Of a DNA stretch of 64,000 nt, positions 19,595 to 29,617 are shown in pieces (within the stretch, counting starts at the first letter, position 1; each line of letters starts with the position of its first letter). Below the pieces are notes generated by a model. It did not search any database and had not been told where the DNA came from. It saw only the letters and a list, made by a program, of their open reading frames with translations. The stretch spans positions 7,910 through 71,909 of the forward strand of contig JAAYPX010000077.1 of NCBI GenBank assembly GCA_012519565.1, in the 5' to 3' direction. Position numbers and translations under genes: made by a program. The DNA is from Clostridiales bacterium (GTDB taxonomy: Bacteria > Bacillota > Clostridia > Lachnospirales > Lachnospiraceae).

Positions 19595-21268
19595 ATGGAA
19601 TTAACGGGTTCTCAAATTGTTATAGAGTGTTTGAAGGAACAAGGTGTGGATACTGTTTTTGGTTATCCCGGTGGAGCAATTTTAAATATTTATGATGAAT
19701 TATATAAGCACAGTGATGAAATAAAACATTATTTAACATCCCATGAACAGGGGGCAGCCCATGCTGCAGATGGATATGCAAGAGCGACTGGTAAAGTAGG
19801 CGTATGTTTTGCCACCTCCGGTCCTGGAGCAACTAATTTAGTTACGGGAATTGCAACGGCATATATGGATAGCGTTCCCATGGTAGCCGTAACTGCCAAT
19901 GTGGCGGTAAATCTATTGGGCAAGGATTCCTTTCAAGAAGTAGATATTACTGGGGTGACCATGCCAATAACTAAACATAACTTTATAGTAAAAGATGTAA
20001 CAAAGCTGGCGGAGGTTATAAGAAAAGCATTCCGTATAGCTAGATCTGGCCGGCCAGGTCCTGTACTAATTGATATTACCAAGGATGTTACTGCAGCTAA
20101 GACTGAATTTGTTAGCATAGAGCCGGAAATGAAATCTCCAATAACTAACGAAATTACCGATGAAATCCTAGATAAGGCCGTAAATATGATTAAGAAAGCT
20201 AAAAAGCCCTATATCTTTGTAGGTGGTGGAGCGGTAATATCAGATGCCAGTAAGGAACTGGAGGCATTTGTGAAGTTAGTAGACGCCCCTGTAGCAGATA
20301 CCTTAATGGGTAAGGGAGCTTTTAACGGAACAAATCCTCTCTATACTGGAATGATTGGTATGCATGGAACCAAAACATCCAATTTAGGAGTTACAGAATG
20401 TGATTTACTTATTACTATTGGGGCCAGGTTCTCTGACAGGGTAATAGGTAACTCCAAGAAGTTTGCAAAAAATGCAAAAATTCTACAGATTGATGTTGAT
20501 CCTGCGGAGATTAATAAGAATGTATATAGCTACCACAGTATCATAGGTGATATAAAGGAAATACTGGATATATTAAATGAGAGATTGGAGCAGCAGGAAC
20601 ATAAGGATTGGATAGACCACATCATGGATATGAAGGAGAGATATCCATTAAAATATCGCAATGACATCTTAACTGGACCTTATATAATGGAAAAACTTTA
20701 TGAGCTTACTGGTGGAGATGCGATTATAACTACGGAAGTGGGACAGCATCAGATGTGGGCTGCTCAGTACTTTAAATATCAAAATCCAAGAACTTTATTA
20801 ACTTCTGGTGGACTTGGTACTATGGGATATGGATTAGGGGCATGTATCGGTGCAAAAATTGGAATGCCTCATAAGACCGTTATCAATATTGCTGGTGATG
20901 GATGTTTTCGTATGAATATGAATGAGATTGCAACTGCAACCCGCTATAATATACCTATAGTTCAATTGGTATTTAATAACCAGGTGCTAGGTATGGTACG
21001 TCAGTGGCAAACCCTCTTTTATGGAAGAAGATATTCCCATACTAATTTACATGATAAAGTTGATTTTGTTAAATTGGCTGAGGCTATGGGGGCGAAGGCT
21101 TATCGAATAACTAAGCGAGAGGAAGTAGAAAGTGTTCTTAAGGAAGTACTTGCTTTAAATGAGCCAGTAGTGGTGGATTGTGTAATAGATTTGGATGAAA
21201 AAGTATGGCCAATGGTAGCTCCTGGTGCAGCCATAGATGAAGTATTTACAGATGAGGATTTAAAATAA
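19595..21268 (+). CDS. ilvB: acetolactate synthase large (catalytic) subunit
   Basis: 557 aa ThDP enzyme. GYPGGAIL, SGPGATNL and the ThDP motif GDGCFRMNMNE..NN. GGAGG RBS. Confidence 0.92.
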   Translation: MELTGSQIVIECLKEQGVDTVFGYPGGAILNIYDELYKHSDEIKHYLTSHEQGAAHAADGYARATGKVGVCFATSGPGATNLVTGIATAYMDSVPMVAVTANVAVNLLGKDSFQEVDITGVTMPITKHNFIVKDVTKLAEVIRKAFRIARSGRPGPVLIDITKDVTAAKTEFVSIEPEMKSPITNEITDEILDKAVNMIKKAKKPYIFVGGGAVISDASKELEAFVKLVDAPVADTLMGKGAFNGTNPLYTGMIGMHGTKTSNLGVTECDLLITIGARFSDRVIGNSKKFAKNAKILQIDVDPAEINKNVYSYHSIIGDIKEILDILNERLEQQEHKDWIDHIMDMKERYPLKYRNDILTGPYIMEKLYELTGGDAIITTEVGQHQMWAAQYFKYQNPRTLLTSGGLGTMGYGLGACIGAKIGMPHKTVINIAGDGCFRMNMNEIATATRYNIPIVQLVFNNQVLGMVRQWQTLFYGRRYSHTNLHDKVDFVKLAEAMGAKAYRITKREEVESVLKEVLALNEPVVVDCVIDLDEKVWPMVAPGAAIDEVFTDEDLK

Positions 21269-21321
21269 GCAATAAATTCAATAAGATTAAAAATACTAAT
21301 GTATCCTACTGTCTTTCAGTA

Positions 21322-21350
21322 TTGACAAAAAAATAACGTAGTCTTATAAT
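21322..21350 (+). promoter_or_regulatory. consensus sigma-A promoter of the serC-serA-DUF1015 operon
   Basis: TTGACA (21322-21327), an exact 17-nt spacer, then TATAAT (21345-21350). Confidence 0.7.
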
Positions 21351-21432
21351 AAGGGAAATGCTTTACTAAACTAAAGTTATAAATTAAAGTTAATTAAAGT
21401 AAATCCTAATATGTGAAAGGGTGGACGTGAAA

Positions 21433-22515
21433 GTGGGAAGAATATTTAATTTTTCGGCTGGACCAGCTATGTTACCAGTAGATGTATTAAAAGAAGCAGC
21501 AGATGAGATGCTTGATTATAAAGGCACTGGTATGTCTGTTATGGAGATGAGCCATAGGTCTAAGGCATATGAGAGTATTATTCAGGAAGCAGAGAAGGAT
21601 TTAAGAGATTTACTTAACATTCCTGATAATTATAAAGTACTCTTTTTACAAGGTGGAGCTTCACAGCAATTTGCTATGATACCAATGAATCTAATGAAGA
21701 ATAAGGTGGCTGATTATATTATTACTGGTTTATGGGCTAAGAAGGCTTATCAGGAGGCCAGTGTTTATGGCAAAGCTAATATTATAGCTTCCTCAGCAGA
21801 TAAGAATTTCTCCTATATTCCAGATTGCTCAGATCTTCCAATATCAGAAGATGCTGATTATGTTCATATTTGTGAAAACAACACTATTTATGGTACAAAG
21901 TTTAAGACATTACCCAATACTAAAGGTAAGACATTGGTAGCCGACGTGTCTTCCTGCTTTCTATCAGAACCCATGGATGTAACTAAGTATGGGGTTATCT
22001 ATGGGGGAGTTCAAAAGAATATTGGGCCGGCTGGAGTAGTTATTGTTATAATAAGGGAAGATCTTATTACTGAGGATACACTTCCTGGAACTCCTACAAT
22101 GTTAAAATATAAGATACATGCGGATAGTGCTTCATTATACAATACACCCCCTGCCTATGGCATCTATATGTGCGGAAAAGTATTTAAGTGGCTTAAGAAA
22201 CAGGGCGGACTAGAAGCAATCAAGATAAAGAACGAGAAAAAAGCGGCTATATTGTATGATTACTTAGATCAGAGCAAGCTATTTAAAGGGACAGTAGAGA
22301 AAAAGGATCGTTCCTTGATGAATGTTCCCTTTGTTACAGGAAATGCTGATTTAGATGCTAAATTTGTTAAGGAAGCCAAGGAAGCTGGTCTAGAAAATCT
22401 TAAAGGACATAGAACAGTAGGTGGCATGAGAGCTAGTATCTACAATGCTATGCCAGAGGAAGGCGTTCAAAAATTGGTTGAATTTATGAAGGAATTTGAA
22501 GCAAGAAATCTTTAA
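21433..22515 (+). CDS. serC: phosphoserine aminotransferase
   Basis: GRIFNFSAGPAMLP N-terminus and the class V aminotransferase pattern. I prefer GTG 21433 (RBS AAAGGGTGGA upstream); the track ORF opens at GTG 21421. Confidence 0.92.
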   Translation: MGRIFNFSAGPAMLPVDVLKEAADEMLDYKGTGMSVMEMSHRSKAYESIIQEAEKDLRDLLNIPDNYKVLFLQGGASQQFAMIPMNLMKNKVADYIITGLWAKKAYQEASVYGKANIIASSADKNFSYIPDCSDLPISEDADYVHICENNTIYGTKFKTLPNTKGKTLVADVSSCFLSEPMDVTKYGVIYGGVQKNIGPAGVVIVIIREDLITEDTLPGTPTMLKYKIHADSASLYNTPPAYGIYMCGKVFKWLKKQGGLEAIKIKNEKKAAILYDYLDQSKLFKGTVEKKDRSLMNVPFVTGNADLDAKFVKEAKEAGLENLKGHRTVGGMRASIYNAMPEEGVQKLVEFMKEFEARNL

Positions 22516-22545
22516 TAAACTATGGGGTGGAAGGAGTGGAAAAAC

Positions 22546-23724
22546 ATGAAATATAGTTGCTTAAATCCCATCGCCAAGATAGGATTGGATATATTTGATG
22601 ATCAATATGAAAAAACAGAAGATGCCAGCCAGGCAGATGTGATATTGGTTCGCAGTGCATCAATGCATGATATGGAATTCTCCGATAATCTGAAAGCTAT
22701 AGCTAGAGCAGGTGCTGGTGTTAACAACATTCCCCTGGATAAATGTGCAGAAAAGGGAATAGTGGTTTTCAATACCCCTGGTGCCAATGCCAACGGTGTT
22801 AAGGAACTGGTAATTGCAGGGCTTATACTAGCATCCCGTGATATTATCGGCGGTGTAAATTGGGTTCAATCTGTTAAAGAGGATCCGGATATTGCTAAGC
22901 TTGTTGAAAAGAATAAATCAAAATTCGTAGGAAAAGAAATTCAAGGCAAAAAACTTGGGGTTATTGGCCTTGGAGCAATCGGTGTAATGGTTGCTAATGC
23001 TGCCAACAGGCTGGGAATGACAGTATATGGAGTTGACCCTTATATATCTGTAGACAGTGCATGGAATCTATCCAGAGATGTTATTCATGTTAAGACTAGG
23101 GAAGATATCTATAGAGAATGTGATTATATAACAGTTCATACACCATTAATAGATCATGAAGATCCTAGCAAAAAAACTAAGAAAATGATTAATAAAGAAG
23201 CCATTGATAAAATGAAAGATGGGGTTATTATCTTAAACTTTGCCAGAGATCTTCTGGTAGATGATGAGGATATGGCAGAAGCCTTAAAATCAGGGAAGGT
23301 AGCCAAATACATAACTGACTTCCCTAATGTTAATACAGCTAAGATGGAAAATGCTATATTAATCCCTCATTTGGGTGCCTCCACAGAAGAATCTGAGGAT
23401 AATTGTGCTGTTATGGCAGCTAAACAATTAAAAGATTATATGGAGAATGGTAATATAGTAAACTCCGTAAATTATCCAAATTGTGATGCAGGAGTATGTA
23501 CAGCGGCAGGTCGTATCTCTGTGCTTCATAGAAATATTCCCCATATGTTAAATCAATTTACTGGAGTTATTTCATCTATGGGCTTTAATATAACTGATTT
23601 AGTTAATAAGAGTAAAGGTGAATATGCATATTCAGTAATAGACGTAGAGACACCACTGAATGAGGAAGTACTAAATAAGCTAACAACTATAGAAGGTGTT
23701 CTAAAGGTAAGAAGAGTTAAATAG
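22546..23724 (+). CDS. serA: D-3-phosphoglycerate dehydrogenase
   Basis: 2-hydroxyacid dehydrogenase NAD-binding site GLGAIGVMVANAANRLG, catalytic HLGAST and a C-terminal ACT-like domain. ATG 22546 has GGAGTGG upstream. Confidence 0.88.
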   Translation: MKYSCLNPIAKIGLDIFDDQYEKTEDASQADVILVRSASMHDMEFSDNLKAIARAGAGVNNIPLDKCAEKGIVVFNTPGANANGVKELVIAGLILASRDIIGGVNWVQSVKEDPDIAKLVEKNKSKFVGKEIQGKKLGVIGLGAIGVMVANAANRLGMTVYGVDPYISVDSAWNLSRDVIHVKTREDIYRECDYITVHTPLIDHEDPSKKTKKMINKEAIDKMKDGVIILNFARDLLVDDEDMAEALKSGKVAKYITDFPNVNTAKMENAILIPHLGASTEESEDNCAVMAAKQLKDYMENGNIVNSVNYPNCDAGVCTAAGRISVLHRNIPHMLNQFTGVISSMGFNITDLVNKSKGEYAYSVIDVETPLNEEVLNKLTTIEGVLKVRRVK

Positions 23725-23742
23725 AAAAGAATATAATAATCG

Positions 23743-23800
23743 TGGGACAGAGAAATAAATTTGCTTCAGAGGCATCTGTAGACTTTTATCTCCTGTCCCA
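23743..23800 (+). terminator. long hairpin / probable terminator after serA
   Basis: TGGGACAG...CTGTCCCA outer stem with partly paired interior, followed by a T-rich tract. Confidence 0.45.
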
Positions 23801-23931
23801 TTGTTATATTATGCATTAAAAGGGATAAATACAAGAATAATACTTGTATATTTTATTTATATAATTTATTATATAAAGTATAGAACTATCCAAAGTGTGT
23901 AAATATGGACTTGCTTAGTAGGAGGAAAGAT

Positions 23932-25173
23932 ATGGCATCTATTAAACCTTTTATTTGTATACGGCCAAGGGTAGATGTGGCCAGTAGAGTAGCAGCCTTA
24001 CCCTATGATGTATATGATCGTCAAGAAGCTAAACAGGAAGTGGGAAGAGAACCGCTTTCTTTTTTAAGAATTGATAGGGCTGAGACAGAATTTGATGATA
24101 GTGTAGATATGTACGATCCCAAGGTATATAAAAAGGCCAAGGAGCTGTTAGATAAAAATATAGAGGATGGTATATTTATAAAAGATGAAGTAGAATGTTA
24201 TTATATATATGAATTATGTATGGATAATAGAGCCCAAACAGGTATTGTTGCCTGTGCATCTATTGATGATTATTTAAGCAATGTTATTAAAAAGCATGAA
24301 AACACAAGAGAAGATAAAGAGCTGGACCGTATTACCCATGTGGATGTCTGTAATGCACAAACAGGACCTATATTTTTAACATATAGATCCAATAATATAA
24401 TAAATCAAATGGTAAATGAGATAAAGAAAGAGGAGCCTATCTACAATTTTATTGCTAATGATGGGGTCTCCCATAAAGTATGGAAATTAGATGATAAAGA
24501 AAAAATCACCATAATAAGAGATGCATTTTCAAAAATAAATCAGATTTATATAGCAGATGGTCATCATAGGGCAGCGTCTGCAGTTAAAGTAGGCTTAAAA
24601 AGACGTAAGGAAAATCCCCAATATACAGGTAATGAAGAGTACAATTATTTTCTATCTGTACTTTTTCCTGATGAACAACTGATGATTATGCCTTATAATA
24701 GGGCAGTAAAGGATTTAAATGGCCTAAATAAGGATGAGTTTATTGAGAAAATAGAAGCCAATTTTGCAGTAAGTTTAATAGGTTTGGAACCATACCAACC
24801 TAAAGAAAAAGGAACTTTTGGCATGTTTTTGGACGGAAAGTGGTATGCTTTACGGGCAAAAGAACATCTAAATACTATTGATGACCCTGTCAAAAGTTTA
24901 GACGTTTCCTTATTGCAGGATTATCTCCTCTATCCCATACTAGGTATAGTGGATCCGCGAACAGATAGCAGAATTGATTTTATCGGTGGTATTAGAGGCC
25001 TAAAGGAGCTGGAAAGAAGAGTATCCGAGGATATGGCAGTGGCCTTCTCTATGTATCCAACATCTATAGACGAACTACTTGCAGTATCCGATGCAGATAA
25101 ATTAATGCCACCTAAATCCACATGGTTTGAGCCTAAATTAAGAAGTGGATTATTTATTCATGAATTATCATAG
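23932..25173 (+). CDS. DUF1015 family protein
   Basis: About 413 aa from ATG 23932 (AGGAGG upstream). The IADGHHR motif and overall pattern match my memory of DUF1015. Confidence 0.75.
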   Translation: MASIKPFICIRPRVDVASRVAALPYDVYDRQEAKQEVGREPLSFLRIDRAETEFDDSVDMYDPKVYKKAKELLDKNIEDGIFIKDEVECYYIYELCMDNRAQTGIVACASIDDYLSNVIKKHENTREDKELDRITHVDVCNAQTGPIFLTYRSNNIINQMVNEIKKEEPIYNFIANDGVSHKVWKLDDKEKITIIRDAFSKINQIYIADGHHRAASAVKVGLKRRKENPQYTGNEEYNYFLSVLFPDEQLMIMPYNRAVKDLNGLNKDEFIEKIEANFAVSLIGLEPYQPKEKGTFGMFLDGKWYALRAKEHLNTIDDPVKSLDVSLLQDYLLYPILGIVDPRTDSRIDFIGGIRGLKELERRVSEDMAVAFSMYPTSIDELLAVSDADKLMPPKSTWFEPKLRSGLFIHELS

Positions 25174-25328
25174 TTTAGTAAATTAGCCTTGTAAATATTC
25201 AGTGGTGATGCCTCTTCCATTTAGGTGATGGGTATCACCACTGATGATATAGCCTTTTATACTTAAGGGTATTTATAATATACTAGAGAAACATATAAAA
25301 TTTAAGAAAATAAAAAAGGAGAATTGAT

Positions 25329-25922
25329 ATGGCAAATTTAAGAGGAACTAAAACACTGGAAAATTTAATGAGATCATTTGCAGGTGAAGCACAAGCAAGA
25401 TTACGTTACACATATTTTGCATCAGTAGCAGGTAAAGAGGGATACAAGCAAATACAAAATATTTTCATGGAGACTGCTGAAAATGAGAAGGAACATGCTA
25501 AGGTATTTATGAAACTGGCTCTTAAGCATTTAGATGGTGAAAATCCTGCGCCAGTTGATATTAATGCGACTTATCCATTTGCTTACGGGGATACAATTGC
25601 AAACCTAAAATCCGCAGCCAATGGTGAGCACGAAGAGGCGGATATCGATTACCCAGAGTATGCTAAAACAGCTAAGGAAGAGGGCTTTGATGACATAGCA
25701 GAAAAATTCCTTTCAATTGCATCAGTTGAGAAACATCATGAGGAGAGATTCCGTAAGCTACTTGCCAATATCGAAAATGGTACTGTATTTAAGAAGGATG
25801 GCAAGGTATTCTGGAAATGCTTAAACTGTGGACATATCCATGAAGGAGAGGAAGCACCAGAAATATGCCCAACATGCGATCATGCTCAAGGATATTTCCA
25901 GCTACTTGATGATTGTTTCTAA
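25329..25922 (+). CDS. rbr: rubrerythrin
   Basis: 197 aa. An N-terminal ferritin-like diiron domain (E..E.EH pairs) and a C-terminal rubredoxin-like CLNCGH...CPTCDH. Confidence 0.92.
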   Translation: MANLRGTKTLENLMRSFAGEAQARLRYTYFASVAGKEGYKQIQNIFMETAENEKEHAKVFMKLALKHLDGENPAPVDINATYPFAYGDTIANLKSAANGEHEEADIDYPEYAKTAKEEGFDDIAEKFLSIASVEKHHEERFRKLLANIENGTVFKKDGKVFWKCLNCGHIHEGEEAPEICPTCDHAQGYFQLLDDCF

Positions 25923-26008
25923 TAAATAATTTATAATTTTTTAATTTTATTTTTAAGACAAACTCTGTTAAAATACAGGATATAAATTTACTTAAAGGGA
26001 GATAGGTT

Positions 26009-26668
26009 ATGAGTAATTTTTTCAATTTAGAGAATCCTTTTTTTACTACACTAAGTAAAATATGTGACATGATTTTTCTTAGCATAGTTTATGTAATAAT
26101 ATGCATACCGATTGTCACCATAGGACCTGCAACTACAGCTTTATATTATACCACAGTCAAAGTTATAAGAAGAGATAGAAGCTACCTTTTTAGAGAGTTC
26201 TTCAAATCATTTAAGCTCAACTTTAAAAAGGGTGCTTTAGCTGGTATTATTTTGACTATTATATCAGCAATTCTTGCTTTTGATGTTATGTATGCTTATG
26301 AATTGGCTAAGACGGATTATAATAAGGGTTCACTTTTCATGAGTATGTTTATTGCAATAATATTCATAATTACCTGTATTACCCTTTATATATTTCCTGT
26401 ATTATCTAGGTTTGAAATAGGATTAAAGCAGCTATTTAAGACGTCATTTTTTATGTCAATCAGGCATCTCCCCTCAACCATCCTAATGATTGTTATACTT
26501 TTAGTAACACTACTGGCCATATATCTTATACAAATTCTTGCCTTTATACTTCCATCGGTATGTGCTTTGTTGATTTCATTTCTTATGGAAAGAATCTTCA
26601 AGAAATATATGCCAAAGTCCGAAGATAATGATGAGGATGCTGTGAAGGATGAATGGTATCTTGAATAA
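26009..26668 (+). CDS. DUF624 (YesL-like) membrane protein
   Basis: 219 aa. The N-terminal part, FFTTLSKICDMIFLSIVYVIICIPIVTIGPATTALYYT, is typical of the YesL/DUF624 family. Confidence 0.65.
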   Translation: MSNFFNLENPFFTTLSKICDMIFLSIVYVIICIPIVTIGPATTALYYTTVKVIRRDRSYLFREFFKSFKLNFKKGALAGIILTIISAILAFDVMYAYELAKTDYNKGSLFMSMFIAIIFIITCITLYIFPVLSRFEIGLKQLFKTSFFMSIRHLPSTILMIVILLVTLLAIYLIQILAFILPSVCALLISFLMERIFKKYMPKSEDNDEDAVKDEWYLE

Positions 26669-26704
26669 AGTTGATTCCTATTCTACAGGAGAGGAGATTA
26701 TTGT

Positions 26705-28813
26705 ATGACAGATAAATTAACCGATATTTTTGGAATAGACGTATTTAATGATTCGGTTATGTTTGAACGTTTACCAAAGAAGGTATACGCGACCCTAAAG
26801 AAAACTATTGAAAATGGTGATGATTTAGATTCCAGTGTAGCTGAAGTTGTAGCTAATGCTATGAAGGATTGGGCAATAGAGCGGGGAGCTACCCATTATA
26901 CCCATTGGTTTCAGCCCATGACTGGAATAACTGCTGAGAAACATGATTCTTTTATTAGCCCTACCCCAGATGGAAAGATTATTATGGAGTTTTCAGGTAA
27001 AGAGTTGATTAAGGGAGAATCTGATGCTTCATCATTTCCATCTGGTGGTCTTAGGGCAACCTTTGAAGCCAGGGGCTATACCGCTTGGGATTGCACTTCG
27101 CCAGCCTTTCTAAGGGAAGATGCTGCAGGGGTTACCCTGTGTATACCAACTGCCTTTTGTTCATACACTGGTGAAGCTTTAGATATGAAAACCCCACTAC
27201 TTCGCTCCATGGAGGCTATAAGTAAGCAGGCTGTTAGAATTCTTAAATTATTCGGACATAATGATGTAACTAAAATCACCACCTCTGTTGGTGCAGAGCA
27301 GGAGTATTTTTTAATAGATAAGGAAAAGTATCTAAAAAGAGATGACCTTATTTTTACTGGGAGAACCTTATTTGGGGCCATGCCACCTAAGGGGCAGGAG
27401 ATGGAAGACCATTACTACGGCAGTATAAGGGAAAGAGTAGCCTTATTTATGAAAGAGCTAAATGTTGAATTATGGAAATTGGGGGTTAGTGCCAAAACCC
27501 AGCATAATGAAGTAGCGCCTGGTCAACATGAATTAGCTCCGGTCTATACTTCTGCCAATATTGCTTCTGATCATAACCAATTAATTATGGAAACCATGAA
27601 AAAAGTAGCTAACCGTCATGGCCTAGCTTGTCTACTTCATGAGAAACCCTTTGCTGGAGTCAATGGATCAGGTAAGCACAATAATTGGTCTATGGTGACC
27701 AATACTGGTAAGAATTTATTGGATCCTGGAAAAACACCTAATGAGAATATTCAGTTTTTATTATTCCTAGTAGCCATCATTAGGGCAGTAGATGAGCATG
27801 CAGATCTGCTGAGATTATCTGCTGCAAATCCAGGTAATGACCATAGACTAGGTGCCAACGAAGCACCTCCTGCTATAATATCTATTTTCGTTGGTTCACA
27901 ATTGGAGGATGTGCTAGCTCAGCTGATGAAAAACGGGGAAGCCAAGACTTGTCAGACTGGTGGTAGGCTTAATATAGGGGTTCATACTATACCTGAGCTC
28001 TACAAGGATGCAGCAGACCGGAATAGAACTTCACCCTTTGCCTTTACCGGTAATAAATTTGAGTTTCGTATGGTTGCTTCATCTATGTCTATAGCCAATG
28101 CTAATACAGTAATTAATACCATTGTAGCAGATGTACTCTGTGATATGGCAGATGAACTAGAGAAGGCTGAAGATTTTGATCTTGCTGTCCATAATTTAAT
28201 TAAAAAGACCATTAAAGATCATCAAAGAATTATATTTAATGGTAATGGATACTCAGAAGAATGGGTTAAGGAAGCTGAGAGAAGAGGGCTATCCAATATC
28301 AAGACTATGGTAGAAGCTATCCCAGCCTTAGTTAAGGAAGAATCCATAAGGGTATTTTCTAAGCATAATGTCTTATCTGAAGCAGAGCTACGGTCTAGAG
28401 CAGAGATATTATATGAAGCCTATTCTAAAACAATTAATATTGAGGCCAAGACCATGATTTATATGGCCAGCCAAAAATATATACCAGCTGTGATTAAATA
28501 TACTAAGATATTGGCTGATAGTATTAATTCTATTAAAGCGGCGGATATAGAAGCTGATATATCTGTTCAAACTGGTTTATTAAAGGAATGCTCTGCCTTA
28601 CTGGTACAAGCTAAGGATGCCTTAGGTAAACTGCAAAATGCTGTGGAAGATGCAGCTAAGAAAGCGAATTATATAGAGAAAGCCATCTTCTTTAAGAACG
28701 ATGTATTTCCACTAATGGAGGAACTAAGAAGGCCCATTGATCAGTTAGAGGTTATTACGGATAAAGAGCTATGGCCAGTTCCTACATATGGTGATTTGCT
28801 TTTTGAACTATAA
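26705..28813 (+). CDS. glnN: glutamine synthetase, type III
   Basis: 702 aa, the GSIII size class. Catalytic-domain motifs [12 protein letters not shown] and [10 protein letters not shown]. Confidence 0.9.
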   Translation: MTDKLTDIFGIDVFNDSVMFERLPKKVYATLKKTIENGDDLDSSVAEVVANAMKDWAIERGATHYTHWFQPMTGITAEKHDSFISPTPDGKIIMEFSGKELIKGESDASSFPSGGLRATFEARGYTAWDCTSPAFLREDAAGVTLCIPTAFCSYTGEALDMKTPLLRSMEAISKQAVRILKLFGHNDVTKITTSVGAEQEYFLIDKEKYLKRDDLIFTGRTLFGAMPPKGQEMEDHYYGSIRERVALFMKELNVELWKLGVSAKTQHNEVAPGQHELAPVYTSANIASDHNQLIMETMKKVANRHGLACLLHEKPFAGVNGSGKHNNWSMVTNTGKNLLDPGKTPNENIQFLLFLVAIIRAVDEHADLLRLSAANPGNDHRLGANEAPPAIISIFVGSQLEDVLAQLMKNGEAKTCQTGGRLNIGVHTIPELYKDAADRNRTSPFAFTGNKFEFRMVASSMSIANANTVINTIVADVLCDMADELEKAEDFDLAVHNLIKKTIKDHQRIIFNGNGYSEEWVKEAERRGLSNIKTMVEAIPALVKEESIRVFSKHNVLSEAELRSRAEILYEAYSKTINIEAKTMIYMASQKYIPAVIKYTKILADSINSIKAADIEADISVQTGLLKECSALLVQAKDALGKLQNAVEDAAKKANYIEKAIFFKNDVFPLMEELRRPIDQLEVITDKELWPVPTYGDLLFEL

Positions 28814-28856
28814 ATACACTTGTGCAATTTTATATTATAGTATTATAACTTTCTAA

Positions 28857-28891
28857 GTTGTTATGGATTTTCTCTCCATAGCAACTTTTTT
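28857..28891 (+). terminator. rho-independent terminator after glnN
   Basis: GTTGTTATGGA-TTTTCTC-TCCATAGCAAC followed by TTTTTT. Confidence 0.8.
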
Positions 28892-28922
28892 GTATAGGAA
28901 ATTCCTCCGAATTTCCTATACA
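28891..28922. other. perfect 13-bp hairpin immediately after the glnN terminator
   Basis: TGTATAGGAAATT-CCTCCG-AATTTCCTATACA. Confidence 0.6.
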
Positions 28923-28985
28923 GTGTGCTCCCAGGCATTAAGCTATGGTATTTTATGTTACAATTTATTATTTGTGATAAACCCC

Positions 28986-29014
28986 TTGACATTTTTAAGG
29001 TTTTACTATATATT
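28986..29014 (+). promoter_or_regulatory. sigma-A type promoter of the fab operon
   Basis: TTGACA (28986-28991), a 17-nt spacer, then TATATT (29009-29014). Confidence 0.6.
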
Positions 29015-29028
29015 TTGATTATCAAAAT
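29012..29028. promoter_or_regulatory. FabT-type operator palindrome
   Basis: ATTTTGATTATCAAAAT is a perfect palindrome overlapping the -10 box. It is nearly identical to the TTTGATTATCAAA-type FabT site known from streptococci and lactococci (from memory). Confidence 0.65.
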
Positions 29029-29131
29029 ATTTGTAAGACAAATTAATTGCAAAGTAAGGGAATTTAAAATATAATTTAAAAGCAAATATAACTTGCTTAC
29101 AAATATTTAGAGGATAGTAGGAGTTGTGTAA

Positions 29132-29587
29132 ATGAAGGATAAGTTTGTTGAAATTAATGATTTGCTAGTGGAGATTTATGATGATGTTATCCGTATCGAA
29201 GAATACTCTATTAAGCAAGGGGTTTTTAGTGATATCTCTATCACAGAGATTCATACAATCGAAGCTGTAGGCTTGTATGGATCCAAAACCATGTCAGAGA
29301 TTGCTGCCCAGCTGGAAATAACCATGGGGACCTTAACTACAGCTGTAGATAAATTAATAAAGAAAGGTTATTTAGAAAGAAGTCGCAGTGAAGTTGACAG
29401 AAGGATTGTTAATGTCAGCCTTACCAAAAGGGGGAAACTGGCATATCGTATTCATGAAAAATTTCATATGGATATGGTCAAGGCTGTTATGGAGGATATG
29501 ACTGAAGCTGAAGAAGAGGTACTTCTTACTGCTCTTCGTAAACTAAATAAGCATCTGAAAGAAATATATAATCCCGCAAAAAGTTAA
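29132..29587 (+). CDS. fabT: MarR family regulator of fatty acid synthesis, FabT-like
   Basis: 151 aa MarR winged helix (MSEIAAQLEITMGTLTTAVDKLIKKGYLER..DRRIV). First gene of the fab cluster, in the same position as streptococcal fabT. Confidence 0.8.
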   Translation: MKDKFVEINDLLVEIYDDVIRIEEYSIKQGVFSDISITEIHTIEAVGLYGSKTMSEIAAQLEITMGTLTTAVDKLIKKGYLERSRSEVDRRIVNVSLTKRGKLAYRIHEKFHMDMVKAVMEDMTEAEEEVLLTALRKLNKHLKEIYNPAKS

Positions 29588-29617
29588 TTTGGCAGATATG
29601 ATAGGAGGACTATCACA

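Noticed and set aside
25255-25328. A PerR/Fur-type box upstream of rubrerythrin (TTATAATATACTA).
   Set aside because: It is only a partial match to the TTATAATnATTATAA-type palindrome in a generally AT-rich promoter region, which is indistinguishable from chance by eye.
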